Below are positions 8,924-19,246 of a DNA stretch of 64,000 nt, in pieces. The DNA is from an uncultured Eubacteriales bacterium (lineage in GTDB: Bacteria; Bacillota; Clostridia; Christensenellales; Aristaeellaceae). A model generated the notes under the pieces. The model was not told the origin of the DNA, did no database searches, and saw nothing but the letters and a program-made list of their open reading frames with translations. Within the stretch, counting starts at the first letter, position 1; the number at the start of each line of letters is the position of its first letter. The stretch lies in assembly GCA_900315315.1 (NCBI GenBank), contig OMYT01000014.1, forward strand, positions 2,656 to 66,655, written 5' to 3'. The translations under genes were made by a program, and so were the position numbers.

Positions 8924-9775
8924 TTACTCCGTCAGGCCGCCGCCTTCGAGTACCAGGCTTTCCTCATAGTCCAGGCCGTAGGTATCCACCAGCGTAGCCT
9001 CATAGTCCTTGTGGAAGAAGTTCTCCGCCGCCAGCGTCTTGATCTCGTCGTTGATCCAGTTCAACAGTGTTTCATTGCCCTTGCTGACGGCCGGCGCGAT
9101 GGTGTCCTGGCTGCCGAGGGAAGGAATGCCCACCGTGTAGCCCGGATTTTCCAGCGCGTAGGCGATCACTTCCGTATTGTCGTTCGCCCAGGCCACAGCA
9201 TTGCCGTTCTCCAGCGCGTTCTTGGCGTTGGCATAGGTATCATACTTCTGCAGGGAGATTTCCGGATTATTCTTGATCAGGTAGTCCTCCGCCGTCGTAC
9301 CGGAAATGACGATCACCTGATCCCCTTCCTTGATCTCGCTCAGGTCCTTGATCACCCGACTGTCGGGAGAAACAACGCCCAGCGCGACGTTCATATAGGG
9401 CAGCGCAAAGTCAACCTTTTCCGCCCGCTCAGCCGTCACCGTGAAGTTCGCCAGGATGATATCCACCTTGCCGGTCTCCAGGTATTCCACGCGGTTCGCC
9501 GCCTCGGTGGAAACATAGTTGACCGTCAGTCCCAGATCCTCGCCGATCCTCTTGGCAAAATAAACGTCGTAACCCTGATAGTCACCGTTCTCATCCACAT
9601 AGCCGAAGGGATTCTTGTCGGAAAATACGCCGATATTGATCGTGCCGCTCGCCTTGATCTCATCCAGCGTCCTGTAAACCTTTCCGCTTTCGGCATTCAC
9701 CGCCGCCAGGGAAAGAACCAGAGTCAGAAGAACCAGAACCGCTGTTATCTTTTTCACTGTGTTATTCATAATCAT
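8924..9775 (-). CDS. Amino-acid (probably cysteine) ABC transporter substrate-binding protein
   Basis: Signal peptide; family-3 SBP motifs VFSDKNPFGY and ANFTVTAERAEKVDF; operon context. Confidence 0.9.
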   Translation of the reverse strand: MIMNNTVKKITAVLVLLTLVLSLAAVNAESGKVYRTLDEIKASGTINIGVFSDKNPFGYVDENGDYQGYDVYFAKRIGEDLGLTVNYVSTEAANRVEYLETGKVDIILANFTVTAERAEKVDFALPYMNVALGVVSPDSRVIKDLSEIKEGDQVIVISGTTAEDYLIKNNPEISLQKYDTYANAKNALENGNAVAWANDNTEVIAYALENPGYTVGIPSLGSQDTIAPAVSKGNETLLNWINDEIKTLAAENFFHKDYEATLVDTYGLDYEESLVLEGGGLTE

Positions 9776-9825
9776 AATCTCCTTTTTGGGCTTTGCCCTT
9801 TTTTTATGTGTTCACCAATCAACTA

Positions 9826-10632
9826 TTATGAGTATTGGGCCGAAGGGATCCGGGGACGATCGGAAAGTCCCTGGTTATCTCCCTTGGATGTTCTTGAGTA
9901 TTCAAATGACTGCAGGAATCTTCGGGCCAGTTCGGTCTTCGGATGGTCGAAGAATTCCTCCGGGGTCGTGTCGTCCCGGATTTTTCCCTCCTCCAGCAGG
10001 ATAATCCGGTCCGCAACCGCTCTGGCAAACTGCATCTCATGCGTCACAATGAGCATGGTCTTGTTCTGATCCGCCAGCTGCAAAATGACTTCCAGCACCT
10101 CCCGGACCATCTCCGGGTCCAGTGCCGCCGTCACCTCGTCAAACAGCAGGATCTCGGGGTGCATACACAACGCTCTGACAATCGCCACCCGTTGCTTCTG
10201 CCCGCCGGAAAGCTGTCTTGGATAGCTGTCCGCCTTATCCGCAAGGCCGATACGTGTCAGCAATGTCATCGCTTCTGCTTTCACCTCCTCCTTCTGCCTG
10301 TGCTGCGCCTTCATGGGCGCCAGCAGAATATTGTTCATCACCGTCAGGTGAGGAAACAGCTCATAACTCTGGAAAACCATTCCGATTTTCTGCCGGATCT
10401 GCGGCAGGTCCTTCGCACCGGACCTGATCGGCTGATCACCGAGGCGGATCTCACCGTTCTGGATTTCCTCCAGCGCGTTGATGCAGCGCAGAAGGGTGCT
10501 CTTCCCGCTGCCGCTGGGGCCGACGATGACGATGACTTCCCCCTTGTGCACCTGCAGGCTGACATCATAGAGCACGGTCTGGCTTTCATACTTCTTCATC
10601 ACGTGCTCGATCGTCAATACCGGTTCCGCCAT
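9826..10632 (-). CDS. Amino-acid ABC transporter ATP-binding protein
   Basis: GPSGSGKS, LSGGQ, FDEVTAALD; the C-terminal tail reads through a repeat element. Confidence 0.95.
   Translation of the reverse strand: MAEPVLTIEHVMKKYESQTVLYDVSLQVHKGEVIVIVGPSGSGKSTLLRCINALEEIQNGEIRLGDQPIRSGAKDLPQIRQKIGMVFQSYELFPHLTVMNNILLAPMKAQHRQKEEVKAEAMTLLTRIGLADKADSYPRQLSGGQKQRVAIVRALCMHPEILLFDEVTAALDPEMVREVLEVILQLADQNKTMLIVTHEMQFARAVADRIILLEEGKIRDDTTPEEFFDHPKTELARRFLQSFEYSRTSKGDNQGLSDRPRIPSAQYS
9840..9874. repeat. Stem-loop repeat family copy 1
   Basis: CCGAAGGGAT-CCGGGGAC-GATCGGAAA-GTCCCTGG. Confidence 0.8.
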
Positions 10633-10636
10633 CGTC

Positions 10637-11311
10637 TCACCCCCATCGTTTCTCCAGTTGCCTTGCCAGCAGGCTCACCGGCCAGCAGAGCAGGAAATAA
10701 AGCAGGAATATGGTCAGGTATACACCGAACGCCGCGTTCGGACTGGACTTCCGGTTTGCCTCGATAATCTGCTGGCCCACCTTCAGGATCTCCACCACGC
10801 CGATCATCAGCACCAGGCTGGTCGTTTTGATCATCCGGGTGATCAGGTTAATGGACTGCGGAATCAGCCGCCTGAGCGCCTGTGGCAGGATCACAAAACG
10901 GAATACCTGCGGCCGGCTGAGGCCCAGAGCCATCGCACTCTCGTACTGGATAACCGGGACGCTGGTCACGGCCCCGCGGACCAGGTCGCTCATCTCCGCC
11001 GTTCCCCACAGGGAGAACACGATCACCGAGGACAGTTCACCGGAGAGGTTCCATCCGAATGCCTTTGCCGTTCCGAAGAAAACGATGAACAGCAACACCA
11101 TCTGCGGCATAATGTGGATGAACTCCAGGTAACACCGCATCAGCACCCGGCCGATCCCGTTTTTCCGGCCCACCAGGATCCCCAGCAAGGTTCCGAGCAC
11201 CATGCTGATGGCGATGGAGATCAGGCTGATCTGCAGCGCCGTCCATAGGCCGCCAAGCAGCCGGGCAAAGTTCTTGCCCTTGAACAGCACTTCAAGTCCC
11301 AAACTCTGCAT
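10637..11311 (-). CDS. Amino-acid ABC transporter permease
   Basis: Hydrophobic; EAA-like loop QYESAMALGLS. Confidence 0.92.
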   Translation of the reverse strand: MQSLGLEVLFKGKNFARLLGGLWTALQISLISIAISMVLGTLLGILVGRKNGIGRVLMRCYLEFIHIMPQMVLLFIVFFGTAKAFGWNLSGELSSVIVFSLWGTAEMSDLVRGAVTSVPVIQYESAMALGLSRPQVFRFVILPQALRRLIPQSINLITRMIKTTSLVLMIGVVEILKVGQQIIEANRKSSPNAAFGVYLTIFLLYFLLCWPVSLLARQLEKRWG

Positions 11312-11951
11312 GCCGGACCCTCCTTTCGAGCAGGCTTCCCAGCAGGGAAACCGGAAGCAGAATCAGCAGATAGAACACCACCAGGAGCACCAGGCATTCG
11401 GTCGTTTTATAGTACAGGCCGATCTGGTCCTTCGCGGTGAACATCAGATCCATCAGGCTGATGGCGGAAAACACGCTGGTCTCTTTCAGCAGGAAAATCA
11501 CGTTGGCGGTGATCCCGGGAATACTGATGGCGAATGCCTGGGGCAGGATCACATACCGGAAGGTCTGCAGTCCCGTCAGCCCGAGGCTGAGCGCGCTTTC
11601 ATGCTGAATCTTCCCGACAGCTTCCAGGCCGCTGCGGAACGCCTCCGCCATATAGCTTCCGCCGAGGAAAGCCAGACCCGCGACGCCGCAGGTTTCCGGA
11701 TCGGTTTTGATGCCGATCTTCGGCAGACCGTAATAGATGAAGAACAGCTGCACCAGGAGCGGCGTGTTCCGGCTGAGCTCGATATAGACCGAGGCCAGCT
11801 GTTTCAGCACCGGGATCTTCATCTGCCGGACCACGGAACAAAGCAGGCCGACAAGTATGGCAAAGAGGATACCGAGCACGCCGATCCGGACGGTCAGCAC
11901 CGCCGCCTTCCCGTAAAGCGGCAGGATCTTCGCCACATATTCCCAGTCCAC
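11292..11951 (-). CDS. Amino-acid ABC transporter permease
   Basis: RNTPLLVQLF and QHESALSLGL motifs. Confidence 0.92.
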   Translation of the reverse strand: MDWEYVAKILPLYGKAAVLTVRIGVLGILFAILVGLLCSVVRQMKIPVLKQLASVYIELSRNTPLLVQLFFIYYGLPKIGIKTDPETCGVAGLAFLGGSYMAEAFRSGLEAVGKIQHESALSLGLTGLQTFRYVILPQAFAISIPGITANVIFLLKETSVFSAISLMDLMFTAKDQIGLYYKTTECLVLLVVFYLLILLPVSLLGSLLERRVRHAEFGT

Positions 11952-11968
11952 GCTTATGCCTTCCTTCC

Positions 11969-13258
11969 TTACAGGCTTTTCACCGCATTGAATCCCTTCT
12001 CAAGGTCCCCGATGATATCATCAATGTGCTCGGTGCCGATGGACAGCCGGATCGTGTCCGGGCGTATGCCCTGATCCAGCAGTTCCTCTTCCGACAACTG
12101 GGAATGCGTCGTGGAAGCCGGATGGATCACCAGGCTCTTCACGTCCGCCACATTGGCCAGCAGGGAGAAAATCTCCAGATGGTCGATGAAAGCCCAGGCT
12201 TCCTTCTGCGCGCCTTTTATCTCAAAGGTGAAGATGGAGGCCCCGCCGTTCGGGAAATACCGCTGATATACTGCGTGGTCCGGATGGTCCGGCAGGGAGG
12301 GATGGTTTACCTTCTCCACCAGCGGATGGTTCCGCAGGTATTCGACGACTTTCTTTGTGTTTTCCGCATGCCGGTCCAGCCGGAGGGAGAGCGTTTCAAC
12401 TCCCTGCAGCAGCAGGAAAGCGTTGAAGGGGGAGATGGAAGCGCCGGTATCCCGCAGAAGGATCGCCCGGATATAGGTCACGAACGCCGCCGGTCCCACC
12501 GCGTCATAGAATGAAACCCCGTGATAGCTCGGATTCGGCGCCGCGATGTTCGGATACTTCCCGCTCGCCTTCCAGTCAAACTTGCCGGATTCTACGATCA
12601 CGCCGCCCAGCGTCGTACCGTGGCCGCCGAGGAACTTGGTCGCGGAGTGCACCACGATGTCGGCCCCGTGTTCAATCGGACGGATCCAGTATGGCGTTCC
12701 GAAGGTATTGTCGATTACCAGCGGCAGTCCGTATTTGTGGGCAATCGCCGCAATGGCGTCAATATCCGGAATATCGCTGTTCGGGTTGCCGAGGGTCTCC
12801 AGATAGATCGCCCGGGTGTTCTCTTTGATCGCTCCCTCCACTTCCTGCAGGTTATGAGCATCCACGAAGGTCGTCTCGACACCATACTGCGGAAGCGTGT
12901 GCTCCAGCAAGTTAAAGCTGCCGCCATAGATGGTTTTCTGAGCCACGATATGCCCGCCGTTGGCAGCCAGGGCTTCAATCGTGTAAGTAATGGCTGCCGC
13001 GCCGGAGGCCACCGCCAGCGCCGCGCTGCCGCCTTCCAGGGCCGCGACGCGCTTTTCCAGCACGTCCTGGGTGGAGTTGGTCAGCCGGCCGTAGATATTT
13101 CCGGCATCCGCCAGACCGAAACGGTCCGCCGCGTGCTGACTGTTCCTGAAAACGTAGGATGTCGTCTGATAAATCGGCACCGCACGGGCATCCGTCGCCG
13201 GATCGGGCTGCTCCTGACCTACGTGAAGCTGAAGGGTTTCAAATTTATAATTACTCAT
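11969..13258 (-). CDS. metY: O-acetylhomoserine/O-acetylserine sulfhydrylase
   Basis: PIYQTTSY, IYGRLTN, HSATKFLGGHG (PLP lysine), ANVAD; AAGGAG RBS favours ATG 13258. Confidence 0.92.
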   Translation of the reverse strand: MSNYKFETLQLHVGQEQPDPATDARAVPIYQTTSYVFRNSQHAADRFGLADAGNIYGRLTNSTQDVLEKRVAALEGGSAALAVASGAAAITYTIEALAANGGHIVAQKTIYGGSFNLLEHTLPQYGVETTFVDAHNLQEVEGAIKENTRAIYLETLGNPNSDIPDIDAIAAIAHKYGLPLVIDNTFGTPYWIRPIEHGADIVVHSATKFLGGHGTTLGGVIVESGKFDWKASGKYPNIAAPNPSYHGVSFYDAVGPAAFVTYIRAILLRDTGASISPFNAFLLLQGVETLSLRLDRHAENTKKVVEYLRNHPLVEKVNHPSLPDHPDHAVYQRYFPNGGASIFTFEIKGAQKEAWAFIDHLEIFSLLANVADVKSLVIHPASTTHSQLSEEELLDQGIRPDTIRLSIGTEHIDDIIGDLEKGFNAVKSL

Positions 13259-13297
13259 GGTTGCAATCTCCTTTTCTTTCATTTATTCTTTTCGGGG

Positions 13298-13328
13298 AAA
13301 ACAAAAACCGGGGGCTGAAAGCTCCCGG
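13298..13328 (-). terminator. Attenuator terminator in the metY leader
   Basis: ccgggagct-ttc-agcccccgg followed by TTTTTGTTTT, between promoter and metY. Confidence 0.75.
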
Positions 13329-13365
13329 GCAGAACTCAGACTGAACAATCTGATCCTCCGTATCC

Positions 13366-13476
13366 TCATGAGGCGCAGCAGAACACAGCCGGATACCTCT
13401 TCACGGAGCCTGCCCGGGAGAAAAGCATTCGACAACACATGGTTTTCCGCTCCTTACGGCTGAACCTGGCAGACAT
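13366..13476 (-). CDS. Putative Cys-rich leader peptide MSARFSRKERKTMCCRMLFSRAGSVKRYPAVFCCAS (alternative start 13440)
   Basis: AGGAGG-8nt-ATG at 13476 and AAGGAG-9nt-ATG at 13440, in frame; two Cys-Cys pairs. Confidence 0.65.
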   Translation of the reverse strand: MSARFSRKERKTMCCRMLFSRAGSVKRYPAVFCCAS

Positions 13477-13509
13477 CCCGGGCACCTCCTCTCTCTTTTG
13501 ATTGACTGA

Positions 13510-13546
13510 ATGATATCACCATTCACCTACTATGTCAATAGGGAAA
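13510..13546 (-). promoter_or_regulatory. metY operon sigma-A promoter with 25-bp operator
   Basis: TTGACA-17-TATCAT; imperfect palindrome 13522-13546. Confidence 0.8.
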
Positions 13547-13647
13547 ATGTATTATGATTGTTTTTCCCCTCCAACAGGTTTCAAATCAGCTGAAAAACTC
13601 ACGTTGAAAGACAAGGGGACGCATAAAACACAGGGATGGTCTTCGTT

Positions 13648-14859
13648 TCATGCCATCTGATTAACGCTGCAGCCGTTGAATTTGGCCAGCCGCTGTACCG
13701 CCCGGTCGATCTGTCCGGAGAGCTTCTTTGTGCAGCGGATGCCCGGTTCCAACCAGATGTTCTGAACTGTAAGCGTTTTTGTTTTTCTGTCTGCCTTTGG
13801 TTCGATCCGGCCGATCAGCCGGTCGCCCCACAGCACAGGCAGGACATAATATCCGTATTTACGTTTGACAACCGGCGTATAGATTTCCCATGAATACTGA
13901 TATCCCCAGACGGCTTCGATCAGTTTCCTGTCCCAGAGCATCGGATCCAGGGGAGCGAGGAACTCCAGCCGGGGCCTGAGGGAAACCTGCCCGGCGATGA
14001 CAGACTCCATGAGCGGCAGATCATTTGTATGCATATACAGCGGAAAACGGATGCCTTCGACCTGCGCCGGCATGATTGCGCCGTCCTTTTCCATCCGGTC
14101 AAAGCAGGCGTTCCGCTGCTCTGGAGTCATATGAATTCCCAGCCAGGCGGTTGAGTTGCGGTTCCAGAGCAGGCCGACGGCGCCGATCCGGCGCTTTACG
14201 CGCCAGCACAGCCAGGATGCCTCGTCCGGGCAGGGGTTTGGCGCGGACAGCAGTTCCGCAGGAAGATATTTGTCCGCTAGGTCATAGTATTTCCGGGAAC
14301 CTGTCTTGTGGTGAATCAGGAGCACGCCGTCCGTATAGAGCTGCTCAAGGACGGACCGGGCTGCAAGGGATTCCCTGTCCCAGTGTCCGCTCCAGTGCAT
14401 GGAGGAATGCCAGAAGATTGTCCCCTCGATGGGCAGGGTATCGCTGCTGACCGGGCCATGTTTCCGGATATAAGCGACAGCCTGCTCTTCCAGTTCGGGA
14501 ATGCCGGCGAATTGCTTCCCGTGTTCGATGCTTCTTTCACGGTATGCGGCAAAATACGGCCAATCTTCACTGGGCCAGATGGACAGTTCCTTGTCGGAAT
14601 AGTCCACAAGCAGGCGGTCCCGATAAAGCAGATCGCTCAGGGTTTTTCGGGTAATCCCCTTTACCCTGGACTGGAGGGTCAGTTCCGCATTCCTGCCGCA
14701 GACATCCACCGGATCAAACTGGATACAGCCGGCCTGACGGACATACTGATACGCACCGTTCTTGCCGATAAAACGGTGCTCTCCGAGCAGCCCCTGCCGA
14801 AGCAGGATGAACTGCCTTGCCTGATCCCGGGTAACAGTCAGCATCGACCTTATTCCCAT
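13648..14859 (-). CDS. ycaQ: YcaQ/AlkZ-family (HTH_42) crosslink-repair DNA glycosylase
   Basis: IQFDPV (QxD), LAPLDPMLWDR, WEIYTP..KRKYGYYVLP. Confidence 0.85.
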   Translation of the reverse strand: MGIRSMLTVTRDQARQFILLRQGLLGEHRFIGKNGAYQYVRQAGCIQFDPVDVCGRNAELTLQSRVKGITRKTLSDLLYRDRLLVDYSDKELSIWPSEDWPYFAAYRERSIEHGKQFAGIPELEEQAVAYIRKHGPVSSDTLPIEGTIFWHSSMHWSGHWDRESLAARSVLEQLYTDGVLLIHHKTGSRKYYDLADKYLPAELLSAPNPCPDEASWLCWRVKRRIGAVGLLWNRNSTAWLGIHMTPEQRNACFDRMEKDGAIMPAQVEGIRFPLYMHTNDLPLMESVIAGQVSLRPRLEFLAPLDPMLWDRKLIEAVWGYQYSWEIYTPVVKRKYGYYVLPVLWGDRLIGRIEPKADRKTKTLTVQNIWLEPGIRCTKKLSGQIDRAVQRLAKFNGCSVNQMA

Positions 14860-14865
14860 CTTTGT

Positions 14866-15246
14866 TTATTCGGTTTTTCCCCTGCTGCGCCAGTCTTCCA
14901 GCGCCGCGTGGATCGCTTCTTCCGCCAGCACGGAACAGTGCATCTTATAGGCCGGCAGGCCGTCCAGCGCCTCCGCCACCGCCTGGTTCGTCAGCTTCTC
15001 CGCCTCCGCAACAGGCTTGCCCTTGATCAGTTCCGTCGCCATAGAACTGGAAGCGATCGCGCTGCCGCAGCCGAAGGTTTCGAACTTTACATCCTGTATG
15101 ATATCGTCCTCAATCTTCAGGTACATCTTCATGATGTCCCCGCATTTGGCGTTGCCGACCTCGCCGATGCCGTTCGCATCCTCAATCACGCCGACGTTCC
15201 GCGGGTTCCGAAAATGTTCCATCACCTTTTCACTATATAATGCCAT
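14866..15246 (-). CDS. iscU: Fe-S cluster scaffold IscU/NifU
   Basis: HFRNPRNVG, CGD, FGCGSAIAS, KMHCSVLA. Confidence 0.95.
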   Translation of the reverse strand: MALYSEKVMEHFRNPRNVGVIEDANGIGEVGNAKCGDIMKMYLKIEDDIIQDVKFETFGCGSAIASSSMATELIKGKPVAEAEKLTNQAVAEALDGLPAYKMHCSVLAEEAIHAALEDWRSRGKTE

Positions 15247-15260
15247 AGTTCTTTCTCCTC

Positions 15261-16454
<1,194 letters not shown>

Positions 16455-16477
16455 TCCTTCCGTCGGGATCCTTTCAG

Positions 16478-16514
16478 ATTATAACTCCTTTCGCCTACTG
16501 CGTCAATGGGTGAA
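16478..16514 (-). promoter_or_regulatory. iscS promoter with 25-bp operator
   Basis: TTGACG-17-TATAAT; imperfect palindrome 16490-16514. Confidence 0.8.
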
Positions 16515-16518
16515 TGTG

Positions 16519-16547
16519 AAAACCCGGCGGTGACTCATCGCCGGGTT
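16519..16547 (-). terminator. Intrinsic terminator
   Basis: aacccggcgatg/caccgccgggtt stem with T run, after the PAP2 gene. Confidence 0.7.
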
Positions 16548-16562
16548 CGGTCGTTCCTCCAG

Positions 16563-17510
16563 TTATTCAGCTTTTTTCCGGTCCGTAATCAGTTTGATAA
16601 CCAGCGGCCAGAGCGCCACGCAGTAGAACACGACAATAAAGCTGTAGGTAAAATGTCCCCAGTGGCTGCCAAGCAATCCGTCCAGCGGCGCTTTCATAAA
16701 CTGGATCATCAGTGCCAGCGGGATAAGTCCGACAAGCCCGGCAAGCCATCCCAGTCCTTTCAGTCCCGTGGGCTTGAATTTGATCCAGGTCTTTTCAACA
16801 AATCTCGCAACAGGGAACGCAATCAGCAGACAGATGTCGCCGTACCCGTCGTTCATCATCTTCTGCGGATCAACCAGCAGCTTTCCGTCCACATAGTCCA
16901 TGGGATACGGCTTGAAGGTAATGTAAAGAATACCGATCCAGCCGATGATGAAGCTCGCCAGCAGGAAGATATTCTCCCGCTCCGGGCGTTTCTCAAGATA
17001 CTTGAAAATCTTCGCCGTAAGAAACAGCCAGAGAATGGATTCGAGCGTCCCGACAACCACATCCTGGGGCGTATGCACGCCCAGATAGTTTCTGGAAAAC
17101 CCCGTCAGCAGCGCCAGGAAAATCAGAATGGCGGAGACCCACTTTTTCCATGACCAGGCCGAAACCGCCAGCCCGCCGTAAAGCGGGCCCGCCGAAACCG
17201 TATGCCCGCTGGGAAAAGAGTATCCCGTCGCCGTGGTAATGGCGTCTCCGGCCGGTTTCACCCGCGCGTCCCGGATCCAGGGGCGGTAGATACAGGCCGT
17301 CAGCTTCAGGATCGCGTTAAATCCGCAGCAGAGATAATAGGACACCAGCGTATACAGGCCTTTCCGCTTATCGACGACCCAGTAAACAAAGACCGGGATC
17401 ATGATCAGGAAGGTCACCGCAAAGAGGGAAACCCCCTCCATAAACGGGGTCAGCGCATCGTTAATGCTTTCCCGAAAGCGCTGGAGCAGCAGCAAATAAT
17501 CAATATCCAT
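16563..17510 (-). CDS. PAP2 family membrane phosphatase
   Basis: K..ACIYRP, SFPSGH and SRNYLGVH motifs. Confidence 0.9.
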   Translation of the reverse strand: MDIDYLLLLQRFRESINDALTPFMEGVSLFAVTFLIMIPVFVYWVVDKRKGLYTLVSYYLCCGFNAILKLTACIYRPWIRDARVKPAGDAITTATGYSFPSGHTVSAGPLYGGLAVSAWSWKKWVSAILIFLALLTGFSRNYLGVHTPQDVVVGTLESILWLFLTAKIFKYLEKRPERENIFLLASFIIGWIGILYITFKPYPMDYVDGKLLVDPQKMMNDGYGDICLLIAFPVARFVEKTWIKFKPTGLKGLGWLAGLVGLIPLALMIQFMKAPLDGLLGSHWGHFTYSFIVVFYCVALWPLVIKLITDRKKAE

Positions 17511-17528
17511 AAGTATCCTCCTTTTCCG

Positions 17529-17792
17529 TTACCTGCGTCCCGTCCGGCATGCCGGACAATATTTCGGCCAGTGACGGTCGGCTGAAGAGAAAGTGAAATG
17601 CCGGCCGCATCTCGGACAGACTCTTGTGATCATTTCCGCAGGCTGGATTTTCGCCCTGCACTCCTGGCAGAGGGTCGGCCAGTACTGAACATTCTCCGGA
17701 AGGATGATCGTCTTCCCGCAGTTCCGGCACGTCCTTGTTATTATACCGGTTCGATTCGTCATCGCGCAACACTCACTCAAACATTTTTTCAT
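17529..17792 (-). CDS. Small double zinc-ribbon protein
   Basis: Two CxxCG...WPxxCxxCR repeats; TAATG coupling to the upstream gene. Confidence 0.7.
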   Translation of the reverse strand: MKKCLSECCAMTNRTGIITRTCRNCGKTIILPENVQYWPTLCQECRAKIQPAEMITRVCPRCGRHFTFSSADRHWPKYCPACRTGRR

Positions 17793-19090
17793 TACTTAAG
17801 CTTGCAGAAAGCTTCGATAAAGTCCTTGATGATCGCTGTCCACAGCAGAAAATCACTTACCGCCACATGTTCGTTTGCCTGATGACACTGATCAGTCTGC
17901 CATGGAGCCTGTATGCCGAATGCGATTGTATTGGGGATATGGCGGGCATATGTCCCCACGCCGACCGCCTTCGGCTGCAGATGAAGCTTCCTGTATTCTT
18001 CCTTAAATCCTGTAAACTGATCCATATATCTTTCCCAGATATCCGTCAACACCCTGACTTCCGGGGACTTCCTGTCTTTCAGTAAAGGCGGAAGATGAAG
18101 CGTCACTTCCGTTTCAAGGCCGTATCCTGATGCCATCTCTTTGATTTTATTGATCAGGTCATTGCAGTCCGTCGAAGCAGGCACCCTGAAATCGATCCTG
18201 GCTTCACATCCATCCTGATCGGCATGCAGCATTCCCACATTCAATGTCAGCCTTCCGGCTTCTTCCCCATCCTGTATTCCTTTCGGAAAAGCCTCATGAA
18301 GGTCTTTGACAAATTTCATAACGGGATAGTCTTCCAGGTTAATCCCGTCCTTCTCCATTGCGTCTGCCAGCAGAATAATGGCGTTGATCCCAAGCTCGGG
18401 TTTTGAAGCATGCGCGGCTCTCCCCACGGCACTGAACTCTTTTCCGTTGATAAAACAGCAGGCGCTGTTCGGAACGATATTCACGGCACTGCCGCCGTCG
18501 GCCTTCCAGCCGTTTTGATTCTCTCCGTATACTTTCAGCTGAAGAATCCCTTTTTCACTGTATATGACAGGAAAGACCGAGTCCGGAGTAATCGCAAAAT
18601 CCGGGATTTCGCCATGCGCGGCATAGTACCGGATACAGGAGCAGCTTCGTTCCTCATCCGTTCCGAGAATGAGCCTTACCCGGCAGTTTTCGGGAATTCG
18701 TCCGGTATCCAGGAGTTCCTTCATGGCAAAAAAGCCTGCACAAGCCGGCCCCTTGTCGTCCACGATTCCTCTGGCATACATAACCTCGCCGTCTGTTTCC
18801 TCTTTCACGATTGTCAGTGCAAACGGATTGCTGTTCCAGCCCTCTGAAACCGGCACGACATCCAGGTGGCATATGATACCGATGAGCTTCTTTCCTGTTC
18901 CGAACTCCACCCATCCCGCTCTGTCCCCGACAGTTCCTGTCCTGAATCCCTGTTTGCAGGCCTCTTCAAGGAATGCATCAAGCACCTCTCTGGCTTTTTT
19001 GCCGTAAGGCGCATTTTCTTCCGGTTTCCCTCCGACCGAAGGCACGCTGATAATTTTTTCCAGAAAATTCTTTTGAAACGCTGTCAGCAT
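17792..19090 (-). CDS. M20 family dipeptidase, PepV-like
   Basis: CHLDVVP, ARGIVDDKGP, GTDEE and HQANE motifs. Confidence 0.9.
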   Translation of the reverse strand: MLTAFQKNFLEKIISVPSVGGKPEENAPYGKKAREVLDAFLEEACKQGFRTGTVGDRAGWVEFGTGKKLIGIICHLDVVPVSEGWNSNPFALTIVKEETDGEVMYARGIVDDKGPACAGFFAMKELLDTGRIPENCRVRLILGTDEERSCSCIRYYAAHGEIPDFAITPDSVFPVIYSEKGILQLKVYGENQNGWKADGGSAVNIVPNSACCFINGKEFSAVGRAAHASKPELGINAIILLADAMEKDGINLEDYPVMKFVKDLHEAFPKGIQDGEEAGRLTLNVGMLHADQDGCEARIDFRVPASTDCNDLINKIKEMASGYGLETEVTLHLPPLLKDRKSPEVRVLTDIWERYMDQFTGFKEEYRKLHLQPKAVGVGTYARHIPNTIAFGIQAPWQTDQCHQANEHVAVSDFLLWTAIIKDFIEAFCKLK

Positions 19091-19246
19091 ATTGTCATCC
19101 CTGATCCTTTCGAAAGATTTTGTTTTTCTTCGCTTTTCATCAGCCGGTCACATTGTTTAACCGATGCTGTATGAACTGGCTTTTCTGCGAAGAAAAGATG
19201 AACAATTAAGTGATTGATCCGACATGACAACTTAATCTGTGTTAAA

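Noticed and set aside
13298-13505. SAM-I (S-box) or T-box riboswitch upstream of metY
   Set aside because: No GCAACC/GGTGC S-box core in the proper arrangement and no GGTGGNACC T-box sequence; the leader-peptide model fits better.
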